A stretch of DNA of 40,775 nt. It comes from an uncultured Gammaproteobacteria bacterium (GTDB taxonomy: Bacteria > Patescibacteriota > Microgenomatia > UBA8517). Each line of letters starts with the position of its first letter. Positions within the stretch are counted from its first letter, which is position 1. The stretch spans positions 24,201 to 64,975 of the forward strand of contig CAZTGB010000002.1 of the NCBI GenBank assembly GCA_964612965.1, given 5' to 3'. Below, piece by piece: positions 1 through 6,782 of the stretch. The translations under genes and the position numbers were made by a program. The notes beneath the pieces were generated by a model. The model was not told where the DNA came from and searched no databases. It was given only the letters and a program-made list of their open reading frames with translations.

Positions 1-15
1 ATAATTTAAATTCAT
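1..15 (-). CDS. rpsH: 30S ribosomal protein S8, first 5 codons only (gene runs off the window)
   Basis: Reverse-strand ATG at 15..13 lies 12 nt after the S14 stop and reads MNLNY. The call rests on the conserved spc-operon order L5-S14-S8; the fragment is too short to verify by sequence. Confidence 0.3.
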
Positions 16-27
16 ATTATTTTTTAG

Positions 28-213
28 TTACCAACTTGCTTTTTTAACTCCAGGAATTTCGCCTCTCATCGCGTGTTCCCTAAAGCACAATCTACAAAGA
101 CCGTATTTTCTCATGTAACCTCGTCCACGTCCACAGATACGACACCTGTTTCGATATCGAATTTTGTATCTTAATTTCTTTGTTTCTCTTAATTCTTTTG
201 CTGTTGTTGACAT
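28..213 (-). CDS. rpsN: 30S ribosomal protein S14, zinc-binding short form
   Basis: 61 aa with [23 protein letters not shown] (CxxC...CxxC) and a C-terminal KKASW. It follows L5 as in the spc operon. Confidence 0.95.
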   Translation of the reverse strand: MSTTAKELRETKKLRYKIRYRNRCRICGRGRGYMRKYGLCRLCFREHAMRGEIPGVKKASW

Positions 214-226
214 ATTTTGTTAAATT

Positions 227-772
227 TTAATCCTCTTTAATAAACGGACAACCTAAAAGTTCAAGTAATTTCTTGCTGTCTTCCTTGTTTTTGGCGGTAG
301 TTACAATTGTAATCTCCATTCCGTGTGCTGGTGCCGATTTTGCAATATCGATTTCTGGAAAAACCACATGTTCGGCAAGGCCTAATGTATAATTTCCTGC
401 TTTATCAAATGATTTAGTTGGAATTCCCCTAAAATCACGAAGACGGGGTAGAACTATTGAAAATAGTCTATCCAAAAAAGCATACATCCTCTCTCCTCTT
501 AAGGTTACTGAAAGCCCAACAGGCATTCCAGCTCTAATACTAAAACTTGCAACTGAAACCTTAGCGAGTCTAACAGAAGGCATTTGACCTGTAATCTGCG
601 TTAGATCCTTCTTAATAGCATCCATTCCGGCTTGATTCTTAATTAAAGCCCCAACACCCATGTTTACAACCACTTTAGAAAGCTTAGGGAGCGCCATAGG
701 ATTACTTATTCTAAGTTCTTTGGACAAAACTGCTTTTATTTCTTTTTCGTATTTTTCTCTTAATCTATTCAT
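227..772 (-). CDS. rplE: 50S ribosomal protein L5
   Basis: 181 aa with L5-typical NPMALPKLSKVVVNMGVG and GMPVGLSVTLRGERMYAFLDRL. It lies between L24 and S14. Confidence 0.95.
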   Translation of the reverse strand: MNRLREKYEKEIKAVLSKELRISNPMALPKLSKVVVNMGVGALIKNQAGMDAIKKDLTQITGQMPSVRLAKVSVASFSIRAGMPVGLSVTLRGERMYAFLDRLFSIVLPRLRDFRGIPTKSFDKAGNYTLGLAEHVVFPEIDIAKSAPAHGMEITIVTTAKNKEDSKKLLELLGCPFIKED

Positions 773-777
773 ATTTA

Positions 778-1095
778 TTATTTATTTTTGTCTACTTCTT
801 TATTACACTTTTTACAAATTCTTACTTTTTCGGTACCCGCCATCCTAAACCCAACTCTGGTTACTTTTTTACAATTTGGGCAAATTAGAGCGATTTTTGC
901 ATAAGGCAGGGGACGAGGTAGATCATAAACCCCACCCTTAACCTCCCCCATTCCTTTAACATGTTTTTTATACATATTGATTTCAGGTAAAAGCACACGT
1001 TCTTCTTTAGGGAAAATCTTTTCAATTTTTCCATCCCGACCCTTGTCTTTTCCCGCTGTAACTTTTACTTGATCGTTAATTTTAAATTTAATCAT
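778..1095 (-). CDS. rplX: 50S ribosomal protein L24 (Cys-containing form)
   Basis: 105 aa with a KOW motif (DQVKVTAGKDKGRDGKIEKI) and a CPNC...CKKC pair in the C-terminal half. It sits in the L14-L24-L5 order. Confidence 0.93.
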   Translation of the reverse strand: MIKFKINDQVKVTAGKDKGRDGKIEKIFPKEERVLLPEINMYKKHVKGMGEVKGGVYDLPRPLPYAKIALICPNCKKVTRVGFRMAGTEKVRICKKCNKEVDKNK

Positions 1096-1105
1096 ATTAT
1101 TACCT

Positions 1106-1471
1106 TTAAACTACCTCACGGGCTAAAGATGCAATCTTGTGATATCCGACTTCTTTTACTTCACGAGCAATGGGACCTAAAACTCTAGTTCCCCTTGGAA
1201 GACCTTGCTTATCTATTACAACTCCCGCATTATCATCAAATCGAACATAAGTTCCATCTCGTCTTCCTACTTCCTTTCTGGTTCTAACTATCAAAACCTG
1301 AACTTTTTCGTGATCAGTGACAGCTCCCGCTGAATCTGCTCCTTGGACTACACAAAGAACAACCTGGCCCAAAGTAGCAACTTTACCAATCCTTCCAGGA
1401 ACTCCAATTATCATTAGTCTCTTGGCTCCGCTATTATCTGCCGGTTTTAAAATTGATCTAAGCTGTACCAT
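1106..1471 (-). CDS. rplN: 50S ribosomal protein L14
   Basis: 121 aa. The N-terminus MVQLRSILKPADNSGAKRL is typical of L14. Confidence 0.95.
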   Translation of the reverse strand: MVQLRSILKPADNSGAKRLMIIGVPGRIGKVATLGQVVLCVVQGADSAGAVTDHEKVQVLIVRTRKEVGRRDGTYVRFDDNAGVVIDKQGLPRGTRVLGPIAREVKEVGYHKIASLAREVV

Positions 1472-1485
1472 ATTTTGTCATAAAC

Positions 1486-1497
1486 AAGCTTTCGCTT
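1486..1497 (-). repeat. Intergenic mini-hairpin motif copy (minus strand AAGCGAAAGCTT)
   Basis: Lies in the rpsQ-rplN spacer. The TAA stop of rpsQ supplies the first bases, and the motif ends 16 nt before the rplN ATG. Confidence 0.8.
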
Positions 1498-1750
1498 ACT
1501 TTGCTCCTTTCTTGGTTCCCTTTTGGGTAACGACCTCAATAATTCTCCATTTCTTCATTTTTGAAACAGGTTTTGTATCTATAAACTTAACCGTATCCCC
1601 AATCTTAACTCCAATCTCATCATGAACCTGATATTTTCTCTCTCTCCTAAATCTTTTTTTGTAAAGAGGATGTATTTTTATTCGCTCCACGGCAACAGTT
1701 GCCGTTTTGGCTGTTTTAAGTGCAATTACTTTTCCTGTAAAAATCTTCAT
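1496..1750 (-). CDS. rpsQ: 30S ribosomal protein S17
   Basis: 84 aa with an S17 pattern: GKVIALKTAKTATVAVERIKIHPLYKK...KYQVHDE. Confidence 0.93.
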   Translation of the reverse strand: MKIFTGKVIALKTAKTATVAVERIKIHPLYKKRFRRERKYQVHDEIGVKIGDTVKFIDTKPVSKMKKWRIIEVVTQKGTKKGAK

Positions 1751-1767
1751 ATTTTCTGATTTATCTT

Positions 1768-1778
1768 AAGCTTTGCTT
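1768..1778 (-). repeat. Intergenic mini-hairpin motif copy (minus strand AAGCAAAGCTT)
   Basis: Lies in the rpmC-rpsQ spacer. The TAA stop of rpmC (1779..1777) overlaps the motif start, and the motif ends 17 nt before the rpsQ ATG. Confidence 0.8.
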
Positions 1779-2010
1779 ATTTTATTTCCTCTTTCTTAGG
1801 ATTTACTTCTTGGGCAATCCTCTTTTCCCGAACCAAGGTTAATATTCTAGCAATTTCAATCCTTAAATTCTTGCGTGCTTTTAGATTCTTCTCCTGACCA
1901 GAAATTGCCTTAAGTTTAGCAGTTTCAGATTCAACCCTTTTTTCAGAAACCATCTTTATAAGCTCTTCTATGCTTTTTGTCTTTAATGACTGTAAATCTT
2001 TCTTTTTCAT
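1777..2010 (-). CDS. rpmC: 50S ribosomal protein L29
   Basis: 77-aa helical Lys/Glu-rich ORF in the L29 slot between L16 and S17 (LKTKSIEELIKMV...LKARKNLRIEIARILT). Confidence 0.85.
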   Translation of the reverse strand: MKKKDLQSLKTKSIEELIKMVSEKRVESETAKLKAISGQEKNLKARKNLRIEIARILTLVREKRIAQEVNPKKEEIK

Positions 2011-2021
2011 AATTTTTATAA

Positions 2022-2432
2022 TTATTCAGCTCTTGATACCATTTTTGTGCCAATTGGTAACTTAGCTCCTGCTTTCGTAAATGCATCTTTAACTATTTCA
2101 AAAGAGGCTCCAGCAACCTCAAAAAGTATCATTCCAGGCTTAACTACTGCAACATAAGTTGAAATTTCTCCTTTTCCAGATCCCATTCTTTTTCCTGCTG
2201 GACGGCTTGTAATTGGTTTGTCAGGAAAAACTCTAACCCAGACACGGCCCCCCTTTTTTAAACAGTGTGTAATCGCTCGTCTTGCGGCCTCGATTTGAGC
2301 ACTTGTTACCCAATCAACCCCTTGCGCCTTAAGTCCATACTCACCAAAAGAAATAGAGCTTCCACGAGTGGCCATTCCAGCTCTTCTCCCTCTAAAATCT
2401 TTAATGTGTTTTCTTCTTTTTGGTTGTAACAT
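2022..2432 (-). CDS. rplP: 50S ribosomal protein L16
   Basis: 136 aa beginning MLQPKRRKHIKDFRGR, with ...GEYGLKA...ITSAQIEAARRA. Confidence 0.95.
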   Translation of the reverse strand: MLQPKRRKHIKDFRGRRAGMATRGSSISFGEYGLKAQGVDWVTSAQIEAARRAITHCLKKGGRVWVRVFPDKPITSRPAGKRMGSGKGEISTYVAVVKPGMILFEVAGASFEIVKDAFTKAGAKLPIGTKMVSRAE

Positions 2433-2448
2433 AATCTTTGTCCTAATT

Positions 2449-2459
2449 AAGCTTTGCTT
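2449..2459 (-). repeat. Intergenic mini-hairpin motif copy (minus strand AAGCAAAGCTT)
   Basis: Lies in the rpsC-rplP spacer, followed by AATTAGGACAAAGATT and then the ATG. The extended unit is shared with the copy at 3878. Confidence 0.8.
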
Positions 2460-2480
2460 TAGCTAAAAGCCAAGATCAGC

Positions 2481-3134
2481 TTATTCTTCTACTTTTTTGT
2501 GTATCCAAACTTTTACTCCTACATACCCTTGTTTAAGGGATGCGGGGGCCTCAGCATAGTCAATTTCTTCTCTTAAACTTTGTGATGGAACAGACCCCGC
2601 ATGAAACTTTTCTTTTCTGGCAATTGACCCTCCTCCAATTCTTCCCGAAAGAACGACCTTAACTCCCAAAGCGCCTGATGCCATTACTCTCTCCACTGTT
2701 TTTTGAACTACACGTCTGTGTGGAATTCTTCTTTCAAGTTCGCTGATTATTCTTCCCACAACCAAATGGGCTGAAATCTCGGGATTCTTAATCTCATTAA
2801 TTCTAATGTCAATTTTTACATCCTTTGTAACTTTTTTACGTACCTCAGAAATAATCCCAACAATATACTTTTTAACATCTTCAATTCCACTTCCTCCTCG
2901 ACCGATAACAACACCTGGGCGACTAACCCAAATACTAATCACCATACTTTTTGGCTGCCTTTCAATTTCAACAGCAGTAACTCCTGCAAGTTTTAGTTTT
3001 TCCATTAGACCCTTTCGAATCTTAATGTCTTCAATTAAGAAATCTTTAAAACTAGTAGTTCCTGCAAACCACCTTGACCTCCAAGGTAGGAATGAACCGA
3101 TTCTTATGCCGATTGGATTTACTTTTTGTCCCAT
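2481..3134 (-). CDS. rpsC: 30S ribosomal protein S3
   Basis: 217 aa with an MGQKVNPIGIRIG N-terminus and a KH-domain region (RPGVVIGRGGSGIE). Confidence 0.95.
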   Translation of the reverse strand: MGQKVNPIGIRIGSFLPWRSRWFAGTTSFKDFLIEDIKIRKGLMEKLKLAGVTAVEIERQPKSMVISIWVSRPGVVIGRGGSGIEDVKKYIVGIISEVRKKVTKDVKIDIRINEIKNPEISAHLVVGRIISELERRIPHRRVVQKTVERVMASGALGVKVVLSGRIGGGSIARKEKFHAGSVPSQSLREEIDYAEAPASLKQGYVGVKVWIHKKVEE

Positions 3135-3577
3135 TATTTTTTAACCTCCTCTTTTTTGATAACTTTTTTAACTTTAGTTTTTTTGGAATCTTTCTTTTCT
3201 TCAAGTTTTTTAGCTTCTTTAGTTGCCAAGCTCTGCTTTGCTTCCTTAACAGCTAAAGTAATTCTTATATGGCTCATTCTTTTTTTGTAAGGATGCCATC
3301 TACCACGCGAGGCTGCACGACCTCTTTTAAGCCTTGGTCCTTCAGAGATTTGAATTTCTTTAATAAACAAACCATCTTCCCCTACTCCCTGAACTTTTGC
3401 CTGGCCAATTGCGGTTTTGATTACTTTAATTAAAAGCTCGGATGATCTTTTGGGAATAAACTCAAGTTTTGAAATGGCATTAAGTGGACTTAATTTTTTA
3501 ATCAAATCGACCACGTCACGAACCTTCCTAGGGCTAACGATCAAATACTTTTGGGTTGCTGTAAATTGTTTTTCCAT
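3134..3577 (-). CDS. rplV: 50S ribosomal protein L22 with Lys-rich C-terminal tail
   Basis: 147 aa with an L22 core (TQKYLIVSPRKVRDVVDLIK...RAASRGRWHPYKKRMSHI) plus a tail of about 40 aa rich in K and E. Its stop overlaps the rpsC ATG (TAATG). Confidence 0.9.
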   Translation of the reverse strand: MEKQFTATQKYLIVSPRKVRDVVDLIKKLSPLNAISKLEFIPKRSSELLIKVIKTAIGQAKVQGVGEDGLFIKEIQISEGPRLKRGRAASRGRWHPYKKRMSHIRITLAVKEAKQSLATKEAKKLEEKKDSKKTKVKKVIKKEEVKK

Positions 3578-3581
3578 ATTT

Positions 3582-3863
3582 TTACGTCTTATCCATTGTT
3601 CTCTTTACAACTTCTCCATGTCCCCTAAATGTTCTTGTTGGAGAAAACTCACCAAGCCTATGCCCAACCATATCTTCCGTTACAAATACGTCAATAAAAA
3701 TGCGGCCATTATGAACTTGGAAGTACCTTCCGACAAAATCAGGAGCAATTTGGCTACCTCGTGCCCAAGTTTTAATTGGAGACTCCTTTGTCCCCATACC
3801 GTTTGCAACCTTTTTTGTAAGGTTCTCGTCTACATATGGTCCTTTTTTATTACTTCGTGACAT
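3582..3863 (-). CDS. rpsS: 30S ribosomal protein S19
   Basis: 93 aa with [10 protein letters not shown]...[33 protein letters not shown]. Confidence 0.95.
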   Translation of the reverse strand: MSRSNKKGPYVDENLTKKVANGMGTKESPIKTWARGSQIAPDFVGRYFQVHNGRIFIDVFVTEDMVGHRLGEFSPTRTFRGHGEVVKRTMDKT

Positions 3864-3877
3864 GTTTTGTCCTAAAT

Positions 3878-3889
3878 AAGTTTTCGCTT
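3878..3889 (-). repeat. Intergenic mini-hairpin motif copy, variant (minus strand AAGCGAAAACTT)
   Basis: Lies in the rplB-rpsS spacer, followed by ATTTAGGACAAAAC and then the ATG. Confidence 0.7.
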
Positions 3890-3914
3890 TGGCCTTGTGG
3901 CTTTAAAGCTCTAC

Positions 3915-4667
3915 TTATCTTGATGCTCCTTTCTTTCTCCTTCCTTGAACTATCAATCTATTTGAATACTTTTTCTTGTTGCGGGTCTTCCCCACAGCTT
4001 TTCTTCCATAGAACGTCTTTGGACTTTTCATGCCGATTCCACTTCTTCCCTCTCCTCCTCCGTGCGGATGAGCATTAGGATGCATTGCAACCCCACGAAC
4101 AGTCGGTCTAATCCCCATATGACGTTTTGTTCCAGCTTTTCTGTAAACTCTATTTTTAGCCTCAATGTTACCAACCTGTCCGATTGTAGCAAAAGCCTCA
4201 GGATTAAACCTTCTAATTTCTCCCGATGGAAGCTTAACTAAAACAAAATTTTCTTCGTTTCCAAAAACGGTAGCGGCACTTCCAGCACTTTTAACTAATT
4301 GTCCACCCTTTCCTACTGTTATCTCAACGTTGTGAATTTGAGTTCCAACAGGGATTGATTTTAAAGTTAAAGTATTACCTATTTCAAGTGGTGCTACATC
4401 GCTTGAAATAACCTTTAGTCCTTCAGTCAGTCCAACTGGAGCCAAAATATACCTTCTTTCGCCATCTTCGTAAAGGATTAAAGCAATATCAGCATTTCTA
4501 TTCGGATCATATTGAATTTCTTCAACTCTTCCCCAAATATCCCTCTTGTCACGTTTAAAATCGATGTCTCGCAAAAATCTTTTCTCGCGCCCACCTTGAT
4601 GCCTAACTGTTACCGCCCCAAGCCTTCTTCCTGCTCTTTTATTTAAAATTGATTTTAATTTTTTCAT
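3915..4667 (-). CDS. rplB: 50S ribosomal protein L2 (short N-terminus)
   Basis: 250 aa with VRHQGGREKR..IDFKR, YDPNRNADIALILYEDGERRYILAP and HPHGGGEGRS. An in-frame TAG three codons upstream of the ATG excludes a longer N-terminus. Confidence 0.95.
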   Translation of the reverse strand: MKKLKSILNKRAGRRLGAVTVRHQGGREKRFLRDIDFKRDKRDIWGRVEEIQYDPNRNADIALILYEDGERRYILAPVGLTEGLKVISSDVAPLEIGNTLTLKSIPVGTQIHNVEITVGKGGQLVKSAGSAATVFGNEENFVLVKLPSGEIRRFNPEAFATIGQVGNIEAKNRVYRKAGTKRHMGIRPTVRGVAMHPNAHPHGGGEGRSGIGMKSPKTFYGRKAVGKTRNKKKYSNRLIVQGRRKKGASR

Positions 4668-4678
4668 GATATTCTAAC

Positions 4679-4689
4679 AAGCTTCGCTT
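4679..4689 (-). repeat. Intergenic mini-hairpin motif copy (minus strand AAGCGAAGCTT)
   Basis: Lies in the rplW-rplB spacer and ends 11 nt before the rplB ATG. Confidence 0.8.
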
Positions 4690-4697
4690 TTATACAA

Positions 4698-4973
4698 TTA
4701 TTTTTTCTTTTCCTCAAATAAGTCAATTTTCTCTCCTTCTTTAAGAGTAACTATTGCTTTTTTAGTAGCTAATTTTGACATATTCATACCACGATTATTT
4801 CTTTTAACTTCCCCTCCGGTTTTAACAGTTCTAATTACTTTTACGTGAACATTAAATAATTTTGAAATTAAAGCTTTAAGCCCACTTTTGTCCATCTTAG
4901 GATCAACCAAAAATGTATATTTCCCCATTTTGGCGAGTCTTGTGCTTTTTTCTGTAAATACAGGTTTAATCAT
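4698..4973 (-). CDS. rplW: 50S ribosomal protein L23
   Basis: 91 aa (MIKPVFTEKSTRLAKMGKYTFLVDPKMDK..IK.LF) between L4 and L2. Confidence 0.9.
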   Translation of the reverse strand: MIKPVFTEKSTRLAKMGKYTFLVDPKMDKSGLKALISKLFNVHVKVIRTVKTGGEVKRNNRGMNMSKLATKKAIVTLKEGEKIDLFEEKKK

Positions 4974-4988
4974 ATTTTAGATCTATTC

Positions 4989-4999
4989 AAGCTTTGCTT
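4989..4999 (-). repeat. Intergenic mini-hairpin motif copy (minus strand AAGCAAAGCTT)
   Basis: Lies in the rplD-rplW spacer. The TAA stop of rplD (5000..4998) overlaps the motif start, and the motif ends 15 nt before the rplW ATG. Confidence 0.8.
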
Positions 5000-5675
5000 A
5001 TTTAGTTTTCTTTACTGTTTTTTTGACAGCTTTTTTGATCTCCTTTTTAACCTCTTTGGTTTCTTTAACAACTTCAAACACATCTTTATCCACAACCAAT
5101 GTTCCGCCCATTAAGGTGTTAAATGCGTTAACATTTCTAAATGACATTGAGGATACCCCCTTAATGTTTCTAAAGAATTTTAAAGATCCGCCATTCTTTT
5201 CAGCTGATGCAAAAACAAATCTTTCCCCTTTAATTTCTTTTGAAATTTTATTAAGAAATCCGGCAACTTCCTTTGTTTTTTCAATTTTATTAACTCCGTC
5301 AACTAAAACCATTTCACCATTTTTGGCTTTTAGAGCTATTGCCATATTTAGGGCCGCTTCTTTCATCTTGCGAGGAAGTTCAAGTACGCGTCTTAAAGGC
5401 CTAGGTCCGTGTGCAACTCCTCCTCCTACAAATATTGGTGCATTTTTGCTTCCGTGGCGAGCTCCACCCGTTCCTTTTTGTTTGTAAACCTTCTTGTGGG
5501 TTCTGTTTACTTCAGACCTTGTCTTGGCTTTCCTTAACCCCGAGTGACTTCCATCCTCATACACTCTTTTTGCCTGAGCCAATAAATTCAGATTGACTTC
5601 AATTTGATACCTTTTGGGTAAAGTGAAATCACTTAATTTTGTTCCTTTAATTGAATATACGTCTACTTTAAGCAT
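4998..5675 (-). CDS. rplD: 50S ribosomal protein L4 with Lys-rich C-terminal tail
   Basis: L4 motifs KQKGTGGARHGS and GGGVAHGP are present. The ORF track starts at a TTG (5762) inside rplC. The L4-like N-terminus MLKVDVYSIKG starts at ATG 5675 and gives an ATGCTTAA overlap with the rplC stop. Confidence 0.9.
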   Translation of the reverse strand: MLKVDVYSIKGTKLSDFTLPKRYQIEVNLNLLAQAKRVYEDGSHSGLRKAKTRSEVNRTHKKVYKQKGTGGARHGSKNAPIFVGGGVAHGPRPLRRVLELPRKMKEAALNMAIALKAKNGEMVLVDGVNKIEKTKEVAGFLNKISKEIKGERFVFASAEKNGGSLKFFRNIKGVSSMSFRNVNAFNTLMGGTLVVDKDVFEVVKETKEVKKEIKKAVKKTVKKTK

Positions 5676-6438
5676 TAGCCGTTTCCTCCTTCTTAACTTC
5701 CTCCTTTGGAGCTTCCGCACCATCTTCTTTTGTCGCATCCCCTTCTGGAGCTTCTCCTTCAATAACTTGCGCTACAACCTCACGTTCGAGTTCTTTAAGG
5801 CTTCCTGATTTGATTTTCCGAATAGTAATGAAAGATCCCGCACTTCCCGGGATCTGTCCTGAAATTTCCATTTCATTTGTTTCTGGGTTAACTGAAATTA
5901 TATGAAGATTAATAATAGTTGTAGTATTTGCTCCCATCCTAGCTGCCATTTTCTTTCCTCTGTATATTCTTCCTGGAGTTGTGGTTTGACCAACCGATCC
6001 CGGAGCACGTTCTCGGTCACTCTGTCCGTGAGTTTTAGGTCCTCCATGAAATCCATGTAATTTAATTCCCGACGCAAACCCTTTTCCTTTAGATACCCCA
6101 GTTACTGAAACCACATCCCCGGCTTTAAAAATTTGAGAAAGGGTAACGACATCTCCAACTTTAAACTCAGGCTCACTTTCAAATCTTACCTCTCTTAAAT
6201 TTCTTGGGAATTTTTCTTCTTTGTTAAGTGTTTTTAGGTGTCCCTGAAGTGGTTTTGAAGTATTTTTTGCTCGTCTTGTGGAGAATCCTAATTGAACCGA
6301 CCAATATCCATCCGTGTTCATCTTCTTAATTTGAGTAACAACACAAGGCCCCGCCAAGACTTTTGTCACAGGAATTCTAAAGCCTTCTAAAAAGGTTTGG
6401 GTTGTTGCCAATTTCGTACCTAATATTGTATTAATCAT
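5668..6438 (-). CDS. rplC: 50S ribosomal protein L3 with acidic C-terminal tail
   Basis: 256 aa with GKGFASGIKLHGFHGGPKTHGQSDRERAPGSVGQTTTPGRIYRGKKMAARMG. About 35 extra acidic C-terminal residues. Confidence 0.93.
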   Translation of the reverse strand: MINTILGTKLATTQTFLEGFRIPVTKVLAGPCVVTQIKKMNTDGYWSVQLGFSTRRAKNTSKPLQGHLKTLNKEEKFPRNLREVRFESEPEFKVGDVVTLSQIFKAGDVVSVTGVSKGKGFASGIKLHGFHGGPKTHGQSDRERAPGSVGQTTTPGRIYRGKKMAARMGANTTTIINLHIISVNPETNEMEISGQIPGSAGSFITIRKIKSGSLKELEREVVAQVIEGEAPEGDATKEDGAEAPKEEVKKEETANA

Positions 6439-6455
6439 TTTGGTTTTGGACCTTA

Positions 6456-6467
6456 AAGCTTTCCGCT
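6456..6467 (-). repeat. Intergenic mini-hairpin motif copy, variant (minus strand AGCGGAAAGCTT)
   Basis: Lies in the rplC leader and ends 17 nt before the rplC ATG. Confidence 0.7.
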
Positions 6468-6483
6468 CCAGGCATTAAACATC

Positions 6484-6507
6484 AAAAAAGCGCCTCTGAA
6501 AGGCGCT
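6484..6507 (-). terminator. Intrinsic terminator / attenuator hairpin in the rplC leader
   Basis: Minus strand reads AGCGCCT-TTCAG-AGGCGCT followed by a T-run: a 7-bp GC-rich stem, a 5-nt loop and six T counting the last stem base. It lies 45 nt upstream of the rplC ATG. Confidence 0.6.
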
Positions 6508-6523
6508 TGGGTTTAGGAAGCAT

Positions 6524-6580
6524 CCCTCAAAGACTAACTTATGTGGTTGATAATTTAACCACTCTCATATGTTATGAGGG
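6524..6580 (-). promoter_or_regulatory. Nested stem-loop in the rplC 5' leader
   Basis: The outer pairing is CCCTCA/TGAGGG (6524..6529 with 6575..6580). It encloses the inner hairpin GTGGTT-8 nt-AACCAC (6543..6562). Complementarity was read directly; no folding energy was computed. Confidence 0.35.
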
Positions 6581-6582
6581 GA

Positions 6583-6611
6583 ATTATAGCAGAAGCTTGA
6601 CATGCCTGCAA
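6583..6611 (-). promoter_or_regulatory. Putative sigma70-type promoter for rplC and downstream r-protein genes
   Basis: Minus strand has TTGCAG (6611..6606), a 17-nt spacer and TATAAT (6588..6583). Confidence 0.45.
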
Positions 6612-6631
6612 CTAAAATGGCAAACTGAGTA

Positions 6632-6769
6632 ATGGCAGCTTATGGAGACAAGAAAAACTGGCTTAAGTGGATTCTAATCTATTTAGTTATTGGAGGCCTT
6701 ATTTACTTCCTGATCTATTACTTCTTCATGAGGCAAACAGGATCGACCAACTCTCAATATTCATACTGA
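6632..6769 (+). CDS. Hypothetical 45-aa single-pass membrane micro-protein
   Basis: An ATG..TGA ORF below the track cutoff: MAAYGDKKNWLKWILIYLVIGGLIYFLIYYFFMRQTGSTNSQYSY. It has one hydrophobic helix flanked by K and R. A TAAAAT box lies 13 nt upstream. No homology was recognised. Confidence 0.3.
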   Translation: MAAYGDKKNWLKWILIYLVIGGLIYFLIYYFFMRQTGSTNSQYSY

Positions 6770-6782
6770 GATTTAACTTGAC

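Noticed and set aside
5676-5762. An N-terminal extension of rplD (MKEKLQKGMRQKK...) as given in the ORF track.
   Set aside because: It starts at a TTG inside rplC. The conserved L4 N-terminus begins at ATG 5675, which gives a normal start/stop overlap with rplC.
6597-6618. A plus-strand TTGACA (6597..6602) as the -35 box for the micro-ORF, paired with TAAAAT (6613..6618).
   Set aside because: The spacer is only 10 nt, which is incompatible with a canonical sigma70 promoter. The TTGACA is probably fortuitous.
6439-6631. A possible tRNA or other known small RNA gene in the longest non-coding stretch. The stretches 29949..30086 and 37883..38035 were checked in the same way.
   Set aside because: No cloverleaf arms or T-loop GTTCRANYC-type sequence are present. 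The regions are too short for RNase P or tmRNA, and no SRP-like GGAA/AGCA motif was seen. I interpret them as leaders or 3' UTR structures instead.
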